Below, piece after piece: positions 39,890-47,559 of a stretch of 64,000 nt of DNA. Positions within the stretch are counted from its first letter, which is position 1. Every line of letters begins with the position of its first letter. Source of the stretch: Gaiellaceae bacterium (GTDB lineage Bacteria; Actinomycetota; Thermoleophilia; Gaiellales; Gaiellaceae); the NCBI GenBank assembly GCA_035623685.1, contig DASPSY010000094.1:3305-67304 (forward strand), read 5' to 3'. Below the pieces are notes generated by a model. The model was not told where the DNA came from. It worked only from the letters and a program-made list of their open reading frames with translations, and did not search any database. The position numbers were made by a program, and so were the translations under genes.

Positions 39890-39917
39890 GGGCGCGCGCG
39901 GACACTAACCTGTCGGG

Positions 39918-40910
39918 GTGAGCGAGTCACGTCACGTGCTCGAGGATCTCCAGGCGTCGACGCCGGAGATCGCGATCGGCCTCTCGCGGGCGGGCGTGCG
40001 CGGCATCTCGAAGGCGATCAGGCTACGTCGCGGCAGCGCCGAGAAGCTGATCGCGGCAGAGATCGACTGCGCCGTGGACCTCGATCCCGCACAGAAGGGC
40101 GTCCACATGTCGCGCTTCCCGGAGCTCTTCGAGGAGGCGATCGAGGAGGTCGTGATCGGAGAGGCGTTCCTCGTCGAGGAGCTCGCGGAGCACATCGCGC
40201 GCCACATCGTCGAGCGCCAGCGCGCGGGCCGCGCCGAGGTGCGCATCACCGCCCGCTATCCGCTCGAGCGACGCACGCCGGTGACCGGCCTCGCCACGCA
40301 GGAGATCGTCGCGCTGATCGGCATCGCCGCGGCGTCCGAGCACGGCACGCGGCGTCTCGTCGGCGTCGAGGCGACGGGTATCAACGCGTGCCCGTGTGCG
40401 CAGGGCCTCGTGCGTGGCCGCGCCGGCGAGCGGCTGGCCGAGGCCGGGTTCGACGACGACGACGTCGAGCGGATCCTCGAGCTCGTGCCGCTCGCGACTC
40501 ACAACCAGCGCGGCTGCGGGACGCTGTACGTCGGCGGCCACGACCATGTGAACGCGGACGAGCTGGTGACGATCGTCGAGTCCTCGATGAGCTCGCCGAT
40601 CTACGAGCTACTGAAGCGCCCCGACGAACTGTTCGTCGTCGAGCACGCGCACCTCCAGCCTCGCTTCGTCGAGGACTCGGTGCGCATCGCGCTCAAGTCG
40701 ACGCTCGACCTCTACGACGGCCTCGACGACGACGGGTACGTGCTGGCGCGCCAGCTGAACTTCGAGACGATCCACAGCCACGAGGTCCTGGCCGAGCGGT
40801 TCGGGACCGTCGGCGAGCTGCGACGCGAGCTGGCGAGCGGCGAGCCGGAGCCGCGACACACGGAGCTGCACGAGTGGCTCGCCCGCGGCGCCGGCCAGAA
40901 CACGCGCTGA
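39918..40910 (+). CDS. folE2: GTP cyclohydrolase I type 2 (FolE2/MptA family)
   Basis: KGVHMSRFPELF, GINACPCAQ, ATHNQRG and ELLKRPDELFVVE are characteristic FolE2 (DUF198) motifs. Confidence 0.8.
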   Translation: MSESRHVLEDLQASTPEIAIGLSRAGVRGISKAIRLRRGSAEKLIAAEIDCAVDLDPAQKGVHMSRFPELFEEAIEEVVIGEAFLVEELAEHIARHIVERQRAGRAEVRITARYPLERRTPVTGLATQEIVALIGIAAASEHGTRRLVGVEATGINACPCAQGLVRGRAGERLAEAGFDDDDVERILELVPLATHNQRGCGTLYVGGHDHVNADELVTIVESSMSSPIYELLKRPDELFVVEHAHLQPRFVEDSVRIALKSTLDLYDGLDDDGYVLARQLNFETIHSHEVLAERFGTVGELRRELASGEPEPRHTELHEWLARGAGQNTR

Positions 40911-40919
40911 GCACGGCCG

Positions 40920-41567
40920 TTACGCGCGCGCGGGGCGGCGCAGCCTGAAGCGGTTCTCGGTTCCTGCCCGCAGGCGCGCGATGTTGGCGCGGTGCAGGAC
41001 GACGACGGCGACCGCGGCGGCAGCGGCGAAGACGATCACGGGCCACGGCTCTCCGAGCGCGACGGCGATCAGCGGCAGGGAGCACGCCGACACCATCGAG
41101 GCGACCGAGGCATAGCGGAAGAGCAGGAAGGCCACGATCCAGATCGCCGCGCCGATGCCGCCGACGATCGGCGCGACGCCCAGGAACGCACCGCCGCACG
41201 TCGCGACTGCCTTTCCGCCGCGCTGCCACCGGAGGAACAACGGCCGCCAGTGCCCGAGCATCGCCGCGCCTCCCGCGAGCACACCGGCTAGGTGCGAGAT
41301 CGTCAGCGTCCCCACGAGTGCAGGCACGAAGCCTTTGGCCGTATCGACGAAGATGACCGGGAGGCCGAGCCGCCACCCGTACACGCGCCAGACGTTCGTG
41401 CCGCCGATGTTTCCGCTTCCGATCGACCGGATGTCGACGTGCTTGACGGCGCGGACGAGCCAATACCCGGTGGGGATCGACCCGGCGACGTAGCCGGCGA
41501 GTATGAGAAGTAGCGTGCCTACGTCGTGATCTCGTACTTCTGGACCCAGTCCTCGATCGTGCCCCAA
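40920..41567 (-). CDS. plsY: glycerol-3-phosphate acyltransferase PlsY; start uncertain
   Basis: LLLILAGYVAGSIPTGYW...DIRSIGSGNIGGTNVWR...LDTAKGF-like VDTAKGFVPAL...GHWRPLFLRWQRGGKAVAT. The nearest in-frame canonical start is TTG 41567, 49 nt inside the upstream SOD-like gene. Confidence 0.8.
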   Translation of the reverse strand: MGHDRGLGPEVRDHDVGTLLLILAGYVAGSIPTGYWLVRAVKHVDIRSIGSGNIGGTNVWRVYGWRLGLPVIFVDTAKGFVPALVGTLTISHLAGVLAGGAAMLGHWRPLFLRWQRGGKAVATCGGAFLGVAPIVGGIGAAIWIVAFLLFRYASVASMVSACSLPLIAVALGEPWPVIVFAAAAAVAVVVLHRANIARLRAGTENRFRLRRPARA

Positions 41568-42139
41568 TCGAGGTTGTCGAAGAACGCATCGATGTAGGAC
41601 GCGCGGTCCGTCTGGTAGTCGAGGAAGTACGCGTGCTCGTAGACGTCGAGCGCGATCAGGGGTGTCGCGTTCCAGACCGGGAACGTGTTCTGTGCGTCGC
41701 CGATGTAGTTGAAGATGCGGGCCTCGTCCCAGTCGTACGCGGTCCACGCCCAGCCGCGTCCGGCCATCCCTGTCGCCTTCAGGTCGGCGCGCCAGTTCGC
41801 CACGGAGCCGAAGTCGCGGACGATCAGGTCCGCGATTCGCCCATCGGGGTCCCCGCCGCCGCCTCCCAGGTGCTCGAAGTAGATCTCGTGGTTCTTGATC
41901 CCTCCGATCGCAAAGGTCAGGTCGACCTTGAGCGCGCGCAGCTCCGAGTACACCTGGTTGGCGCTCGCGAGGTCGATGCCGTCGAGCTTGCGCAGGATCT
42001 CGTTGCGCTTGTTCACGTAGCCCTCGTACAGCTTGTAGTGGGCCTCGACCGAGACGCGCGAGATGCCGTCGAGCTCGTACAGGGCGGGCTTGAGCTTTCG
42101 GGGGATGATCTCCTCGAACTGGAACGCGAGCGTCGCCAT
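41519..42139 (-). CDS. divergent Fe/Mn superoxide dismutase family protein
   Basis: ATG 42139 with GAGAGGAG SD. The four metal ligands look retained (EAH.., GGIKNH, DVYEHAYFLDYQ). The conserved HHxKHH block, however, reads AHYKLYEGY. Confidence 0.8.
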   Translation of the reverse strand: MATLAFQFEEIIPRKLKPALYELDGISRVSVEAHYKLYEGYVNKRNEILRKLDGIDLASANQVYSELRALKVDLTFAIGGIKNHEIYFEHLGGGGGDPDGRIADLIVRDFGSVANWRADLKATGMAGRGWAWTAYDWDEARIFNYIGDAQNTFPVWNATPLIALDVYEHAYFLDYQTDRASYIDAFFDNLDWGTIEDWVQKYEITT

Positions 42140-42207
42140 CGTCTCCTCTCTCGCCGTGATGAGCCGGGGCAGCATATCCTCGCGGAGAACGCGAGCAAGG
42201 AGGACAA

Positions 42208-42816
42208 ATGGCCTTCGAGGTACCACCACTTCCCTACGCCTACGACGCGCTCGAGCCGCACATCGACGAGCAGACGATGCACCTGCACCACGACAAGCAC
42301 CACCAGGCGTACGTGGACAACGCGAACAAGGCACTCGAGGGGACTGAGTGGGCCGACAGGCCGATCGAGCAGCTGCTCGACAACCTCGATCTCCTTCCCG
42401 AGGACAAGCAGGCGCCGGTCCGCAACAACGCCGGCGGCCACGCGAACCACTCGCTCTTCTGGGAGATCATGAGCCCGAACGGCGGAGGCGAGCCCTCGGG
42501 CTCGCTCGCGGCGGCGATCGAGTCGACCTTCGACAGCCTCGATGCGCTCAAGGCACAGGTCAACGACGCGGGCGTCAAGCGGTTCGGCTCCGGCTGGACG
42601 TGGCTGATCCACGACGGCACGGGCCTCGCCGTCGTCTCGACGCCGAACCAGGACTCGCCGCTGATGAACGGCGACACGCCGCTGCTCGGCATCGACGTGT
42701 GGGAGCACGCCTACTACCTCACGTACCAGAACCGACGGCCCGACTACCTCGCGGCGTGGTGGAACGTCGTCAACTGGGACGCCGTCCAGCAGCGCTACGA
42801 CGAGGCCGGCCGCTAA
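42208..42816 (+). CDS. sodA: Fe/Mn superoxide dismutase (canonical)
   Basis: [36 protein letters not shown]..., [10 protein letters not shown] and [18 protein letters not shown]. Confidence 0.92.
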   Translation: MAFEVPPLPYAYDALEPHIDEQTMHLHHDKHHQAYVDNANKALEGTEWADRPIEQLLDNLDLLPEDKQAPVRNNAGGHANHSLFWEIMSPNGGGEPSGSLAAAIESTFDSLDALKAQVNDAGVKRFGSGWTWLIHDGTGLAVVSTPNQDSPLMNGDTPLLGIDVWEHAYYLTYQNRRPDYLAAWWNVVNWDAVQQRYDEAGR

Positions 42817-42822
42817 AAGGCG

Positions 42823-42848
42823 ACCGGGGGAGCTCTCGCTCCCCCGGT
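42823..42848. terminator. strong hairpin between convergent sodA and the cupredoxin-like gene
   Basis: ACCGGGGGAGC-TCTC-GCTCCCCCGGT is an 11-bp perfect stem starting 7 nt after the sodA TAA. On the minus-strand transcript it is followed by CGCCUUUUAG. There is no U-tract on the plus side. Confidence 0.55.
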
Positions 42849-42876
42849 GCCGACCCCACCCGACGACCTTCTCGGA

Positions 42877-43755
42877 CTACCGGCGAACGATCGGCTGCGT
42901 GCCGCTCCACCCCTCGACGTATGCCGGCCCGACCTGATCCGGCGTGATCAGCACGCGGATCGACCAGCGCCCACGCGGGACGATCGCGCGGATCGAGCGC
43001 ACCGAGACGAGGCGGCCCGACCTCGAGCCGAGGACGAGCTTCCGGATGCTGATCCACTGATGCGCGAGCGTCAACCGCTGAAGGTAGACGTAGTGTCCGG
43101 CGAACGACGTCCCTGCGGTCACGTAGAAGTGGAACCACCCTCCGCGCGACGGACCCGGCAGCTTGATCACCGGTGCGACTTGAACCGTGACGCTGCTCTC
43201 GGCGCCTTTCCACTGCGCCTGGTAGAGCGTGTTGGCCTCCGGTGTCACGCTGAACGAGAACGCGCCGTTCGTCGTCGTCTGCAACGTCGCCACCACCTGC
43301 TTGGTCGTCTGTCCGCTCGGTAGCGCGACGATGGTCACGCTCTCACCGGCCTTCAGGTCGTTGACGGTCCCGCTCAGCGTCACGGCGGAGCCGTACTTCA
43401 CGACCGGCGCGGACACCGCGAGCGTCACCACCGGCGGCAGGCCCTTGACCGTGATCGTCCCCTTCAGCTTGGGGTAGAGCGCATCGTGATAGTGGAATGT
43501 CCCGCCGCGCGGGAACGCATGGGTGTAGGTCTTGCCCGCTGCGAGCGTCGGCGACGCGAACTGACCGCCGTTCGCGACGACCTGGTGGTCGACGGTGTCG
43601 GCGTTGTGCCATGTTACGGAGTCGCCGGCGCCGATCGTGAGGTTCGCGGGCGTGAACGCGGTCTTCGTGATCTGCACCGTGACGGTCGCGGTCACCGCCG
43701 GAGCGACGAGGACCAGAGCGAGCGCCGCCACGACGCCCAAGAGCAGCCTGCGCAT
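42877..43755 (-). CDS. secreted protein with N-terminal cupredoxin-like domain lacking type-1 copper ligands
   Basis: ATG 43755: MRRLLLGVVAALALVLVAPAVTA (signal peptide). Then FTPANLTIGAGDSVTWHNADTVDHQV...GTFHYHDALYPKLKGTITV, a plastocyanin-like pattern with Cys/His/Met replaced by D/Y/L. The C-terminal ~190 aa are beta-rich. Confidence 0.6.
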   Translation of the reverse strand: MRRLLLGVVAALALVLVAPAVTATVTVQITKTAFTPANLTIGAGDSVTWHNADTVDHQVVANGGQFASPTLAAGKTYTHAFPRGGTFHYHDALYPKLKGTITVKGLPPVVTLAVSAPVVKYGSAVTLSGTVNDLKAGESVTIVALPSGQTTKQVVATLQTTTNGAFSFSVTPEANTLYQAQWKGAESSVTVQVAPVIKLPGPSRGGWFHFYVTAGTSFAGHYVYLQRLTLAHQWISIRKLVLGSRSGRLVSVRSIRAIVPRGRWSIRVLITPDQVGPAYVEGWSGTQPIVRR

Positions 43756-43848
43756 TCCTGGAAACCCCCCTCCACTGGGTTCACCGGTTTGGCTTTCCCG
43801 TTCCACTGAAATATGACCGCGGGGGACCGTTAAAGGTTCTTAAGGGTT

Positions 43849-44535
43849 GTGTTCGCTGCTATGACACGGGCGTACAGCAATCCGGAGGACCCGGTGGCGC
43901 GTAAGAAGCGTGGAGAGATGGGGCTCACACTCGCCTACCCAGCGGCAGTACCCGACGACGACTCCTCCGACGAGGGCAGCGCCGCCGCCGGCCCGTCTCC
44001 CGCACCGACGGACGGGGAGCTGATCCAACGCGTCGGCCACGGGGACGCGGGGGCCTTCGAGCTCCTCTACCGGCGCTACGCCAGGCCGGTCTTCGGGCTC
44101 GCCCTGCGCCGGCTCGGCGAGCGGATGCGCGCCGAGGACGCCGTCCAGGAGACCTTCGCCGCCGTCTGGCGCTCCGCCAAGACGTACAAGCCCGAGCGCG
44201 GGCCCGGCGCGCCCTGGCTCTATGCCGTCGCGCGCAACGCGATCGTCGACCGGGCACGCAACCGCACCGATGCGCCTGGCGAGATGCCAGAAATGGCGTC
44301 GACGGAGCTCGGCCCGGACGAACGCGCCGAGGCGTCGTTCGTCTCCTGGCGGGTCCACCGCGCGCTCGAGGATCTGCCGAGGACCGAGCGCGACGTGCTC
44401 GAGCTCGCGTACTACGGCGGGCTGTCGCAGAGCGAGGTGGCGAGCTTCCTGGACATCCCGCTCGGCACCGTGAAGACCCGCACACGCTCCGGCCTCGGTC
44501 GGCTGGCTGGGCTGCTGGAAGGAGAGCTGGGGTGA
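43849..44535 (+). CDS. ECF-type sigma-70 family sigma factor; start uncertain (GTG 43849, ATG 43861 or ATG 43918)
   Basis: Region 2: ELIQRVGHGDAGAFELLYRRYARPVFGLALRRLG...AEDAVQETF. Region 4: LPRTERDVLELAYYGGLSQSEVASFLDIPLGTVKTRTRSGL. Confidence 0.87.
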   Translation: MFAAMTRAYSNPEDPVARKKRGEMGLTLAYPAAVPDDDSSDEGSAAAGPSPAPTDGELIQRVGHGDAGAFELLYRRYARPVFGLALRRLGERMRAEDAVQETFAAVWRSAKTYKPERGPGAPWLYAVARNAIVDRARNRTDAPGEMPEMASTELGPDERAEASFVSWRVHRALEDLPRTERDVLELAYYGGLSQSEVASFLDIPLGTVKTRTRSGLGRLAGLLEGELG

Positions 44536-45176
44536 GCAGGCGCGACGTACCGAGCTTCGACGACCTCGTGGGCCGCGACGTCCCGCCGGCGGAGCGCGAG
44601 CGGCTGCGCAACGCGCACGAGCTGCTCCTGCAGGCCGGCCCTCCGCCCGAGCTCTCGCCCGAGCTCGAGCAGGTGCCCTGGCCGGAGGAGGCCCTCGCCC
44701 CGCTCGGGCTCTACCGCGAGCGCAGGCAGCGGCAGCAGAAGCCTTGGCTCCTGATCGCCACCGCCGCAGCGGCCGCGATCCTGATCGGGTTCGTCGTCGG
44801 GCACTCGACTTCGAACACGACGTCCGCGTCGTTCGCCGTCGTTCACACCGTCAACATGCACGGCACCGCCCGCGCACCGCGCGCCCTCGCGTCGATCGAC
44901 CTCGGCAAAGCCGGCGCCGACGGGAACTGGCCGATGCTGATCACCGTGACGAACCTGGCGCCGGTCAAGGGCGGCGGCTACTACGCGCTGTGGCTCTCAC
45001 GCCACGGCCGCCGGATCGCGCTCTGCGGCAGCTTCAACACGAAGACCGGGGCGAAGACCGAGGTCAAGATGTCCGCGGCGTACTCGCTCAAGGGGATCGA
45101 CGGCTGGATCGTCATGCGCGAGCCGCCCGCTTCGTCACGGTCTGCACCGCAGCTCGTGATGACCTCCGAGACCTGA
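44532..45176 (+). CDS. membrane anti-sigma factor (RskA-like C-terminal domain)
   Basis: GTGA-coupled to the sigma gene. Single TM WLLIATAAAAAILIGFVVG. Extracytoplasmic domain has GGGYYALWLSRHGRRIALCGSF...WIVMREP, as in the anti-sigma-K RskA family. Confidence 0.65.
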   Translation: MSRRDVPSFDDLVGRDVPPAERERLRNAHELLLQAGPPPELSPELEQVPWPEEALAPLGLYRERRQRQQKPWLLIATAAAAAILIGFVVGHSTSNTTSASFAVVHTVNMHGTARAPRALASIDLGKAGADGNWPMLITVTNLAPVKGGGYYALWLSRHGRRIALCGSFNTKTGAKTEVKMSAAYSLKGIDGWIVMREPPASSRSAPQLVMTSET

Positions 45177-45180
45177 GCGA

Positions 45181-45888
45181 CTACGGCGCGACGCGACCGG
45201 CCGAGACGAACGCCGCGTGCGTGATCGGCATGCGTTCCTCGAACAGGCGCTCGACCGCCTCCGCGTAGTAGCGGATCTCGCGCTGGGCGGTCTCCGCGGC
45301 GCGAAGCGAGAGGAAGTTCATCACCGCCCGAGCGTTCACCGTCCAGTAGAACTCGGTGTACGCGCCGACGGGCATCGCCGCACGTGCGAGCTCGCGCGCG
45401 ACTCCTGCCTCGACGAGTCGCTCGTACGTCGCGAACGCCTGCTGGTAGAGCTCTGCGAGCTCCTCACGGGTGCGCTCTGCGAGCTCGGGCTCGACGGGCT
45501 CGAACGAATACGCGCCGGGCTTGCCGACCTGCGTGCGCACGTCCTCGGGCTCGGGGACGTAGAACTCGTCCGTCGCCTTCGCATAACGCATGCTGAACTC
45601 GTTGAAGGAGCCGACGCGGTGCCTGAACCACTCGCGCGCGACGAAGATCGGGGCTCGAACGTGGAATCGGAACGAGTTGTGCTCGAATGGCGTGCCGTGC
45701 CGCTCGCGCATGAGGAAGCGGATCAGCCCCGCGTCGGCGGAGTCCATCTCCTCCTTCCTGCGAGCGAAGCTCACCCTCGCTGCGTTGACGACAGAGAGAT
45801 CCGTCGCCATCGAGTCGTCGAGCCGTACGAAGCCGTGGTCGAGGACACGCACGGTGCTGTCGGGTATCACTTCGTGCGTGACTGCCAT
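45181..45888 (-). CDS. thyX: FAD-dependent thymidylate synthase
   Basis: ThyX motif REWFRHRVGSFNEFSMRY, plus GTPFEH and YTEFYWTVNARAVMNFLSLR. Confidence 0.92.
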   Translation of the reverse strand: MAVTHEVIPDSTVRVLDHGFVRLDDSMATDLSVVNAARVSFARRKEEMDSADAGLIRFLMRERHGTPFEHNSFRFHVRAPIFVAREWFRHRVGSFNEFSMRYAKATDEFYVPEPEDVRTQVGKPGAYSFEPVEPELAERTREELAELYQQAFATYERLVEAGVARELARAAMPVGAYTEFYWTVNARAVMNFLSLRAAETAQREIRYYAEAVERLFEERMPITHAAFVSAGRVAP

Positions 45889-45907
45889 ACCGGCGAGTGT
45901 AACCGGG

Positions 45908-46537
45908 GTGCTCGTCGGAGTCTCCGGATGGTCCTATCCGTCCTGGAAGCCGGGCTTCTACCCCGCCGGCACGGACTCGAGGCGGTTCCTGGCGTATTAC
46001 GCGGAGCGGTTCCGCACGGTCGAGCTGAACACGACGGGCTACCGGCTACCGGCCGAGGAGCAGTTCACGCGCTGGGCCGGGCAGACACCGCCCGGATTCC
46101 TGTTCGCGCCGAAGCTCCCCGGAAACCGCAGAGGGATGCTGGCGGACTTCGCGGCCCGAGTCTCCACCCTCGGCGAGCGCCTCGGGCCGATCCGCGTTCA
46201 GCTGATCAGCGCGCGCGACGACGGCATGATCGAGCTGCTCCTCGGCTCGCTCGGGCCGGGCCTCCTCCTCGCCTTCGACCTCCCGCACCCGACGTGGGAC
46301 GGCATCGAGCCGACCCTCGCGCAGGCGGGCGCGGTCCGCGTCAACGACCTCGAGCACGAGGCGCCGTTCCGGTACCTGCGGTTCCGCGATCCGCCGTACT
46401 CCGACGACGAGCTACGAGTGTTGGCCGAGCGGATCGCCGGCCGCGACGAGCCGGTTTTCGCCTACTTCAGGCACGAGGACGAGCCGACGGCGCCCGCGTA
46501 TGCAAAGCGGCTGCTCGAGCTCGTGGCCGACGGGTAG
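45908..46537 (+). CDS. DUF72 (UPF0759) family protein
   Basis: GTG 45908 within ORF 45590..46537: (M)LVGVSGWSYPSWKPGFYP...YAERFRTVELNTTGYRLP...FAPKLP...AYFRHED is the typical DUF72 pattern. Confidence 0.75.
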   Translation: MLVGVSGWSYPSWKPGFYPAGTDSRRFLAYYAERFRTVELNTTGYRLPAEEQFTRWAGQTPPGFLFAPKLPGNRRGMLADFAARVSTLGERLGPIRVQLISARDDGMIELLLGSLGPGLLLAFDLPHPTWDGIEPTLAQAGAVRVNDLEHEAPFRYLRFRDPPYSDDELRVLAERIAGRDEPVFAYFRHEDEPTAPAYAKRLLELVADG

Positions 46538-46555
46538 CGGAGCGCGGCTGCCGCG

Positions 46556-47518
46556 TCAGTGCGTACGGCAGAGCTTGTCGACGCCGACGATCGAATCGAG
46601 GATCGCGTTCTGCTGCTGCTCGTACGCGACGTCGCTCGGGTCGTTCCTGTTGTAGGGGTGCAGGCCGGGAACGACGACGCTGACGTCGGGGGTGACGCCC
46701 GGACCTTCGACCGTGAGGCGGTACTTGCTGCCGGTGCCGGGGCCGCGCAGTGTGCTCGGAAACCCGCGCGGATGCGGGTACCCCTTGGTCGGATTGAACC
46801 GGTAGAAGCCGTAGCAGAAGATCCCGGTCGGGTCGTGCGTCACGAACGAGTTCTCGCGATGCCAACCGCGTCCGTAGACCGAGTCGAACGTGTCGAGGAA
46901 GACGAGCCGACCGTAGCCGTCCGTCGGTGCGCCTCTCCGCGTCGTTCCGAACCCGTGCACGGGCTGGCCGTCGTACGTCACGCGGCCGAAGACCTGCTGG
47001 TAACGCTGGCTACCGACCCAGTCCGTCCAAGCCTCGAGCTTCGCGATCGGTCCGCGCCAGTGCGACAGGTGCAGCTCGCGCGCGCGCTGAACGGGCAGCC
47101 ACGGAATCATCCCGAGGTCGGGCAACGGCGTCCGCCAGCTCTGCAGCGCCCAGTGCGAACCGTCGGGCGCGTCGCACGCCGCGACAAGGAACGGCAACGG
47201 TGGACCGGTGTACGGACGGCACTGGTTGCCGAACGTCTGCCAGTAGAGACGGCGGTACTTGCCCCAACCACCCGAGTAATCCTTCCTGAAGCGAACCTGC
47301 GGCCGCGAGCGAGTCGGCTGGCGTGCATCGATCGCTCCCCAGACGAGCGTGTGCCAGAGTCGGCCGCGCGCCGTGTACGTGACGAGCGCCTCACCGCTCG
47401 CGTTGACCGCGAGGCGGACGTGCGTGGCGTTGCGGTCGATCAGCTGTGACGCGTGCGCGCCTGTTGCGAGCGTGAGCGCTGCGGCCGAGGCGGCGGCGAT
47501 GGCGACGGCGGATCGCAT
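46556..47518 (-). CDS. secreted hypothetical protein (320 aa), no family recognised
   Basis: MRSAVAIAAASAAALTLATGAHA is a signal peptide. The remainder is Trp/Tyr/Gly-rich with G/C-dominated third codon positions. It follows the PLP-enzyme gene by 41 nt on the same strand. Confidence 0.6.
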   Translation of the reverse strand: MRSAVAIAAASAAALTLATGAHASQLIDRNATHVRLAVNASGEALVTYTARGRLWHTLVWGAIDARQPTRSRPQVRFRKDYSGGWGKYRRLYWQTFGNQCRPYTGPPLPFLVAACDAPDGSHWALQSWRTPLPDLGMIPWLPVQRARELHLSHWRGPIAKLEAWTDWVGSQRYQQVFGRVTYDGQPVHGFGTTRRGAPTDGYGRLVFLDTFDSVYGRGWHRENSFVTHDPTGIFCYGFYRFNPTKGYPHPRGFPSTLRGPGTGSKYRLTVEGPGVTPDVSVVVPGLHPYNRNDPSDVAYEQQQNAILDSIVGVDKLCRTH

Positions 47519-47559
47519 GACCCCTTCGGTGTATCGGCACTGAGCGGGCGCATCTTCAC

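Noticed and set aside
43756-43829. ECF-type -35 GGAAC on the minus strand (cagtGGAACgggaaa) upstream of the cupredoxin-like gene
   Set aside because: No CGTT/GTC-like -10 at the proper 16-17 nt distance. A single pentamer match is not evidence.
45889-45907. Only 19 bp between the divergent thyX (ATG 45888) and DUF72 (GTG 45908) starts, as a possible shared operator
   Set aside because: The DUF72 start is inferred and could lie elsewhere. The spacer (accggcgagtgtaaccggg) shows no convincing palindrome or -10 element. Promoters probably lie inside the neighbouring coding regions.
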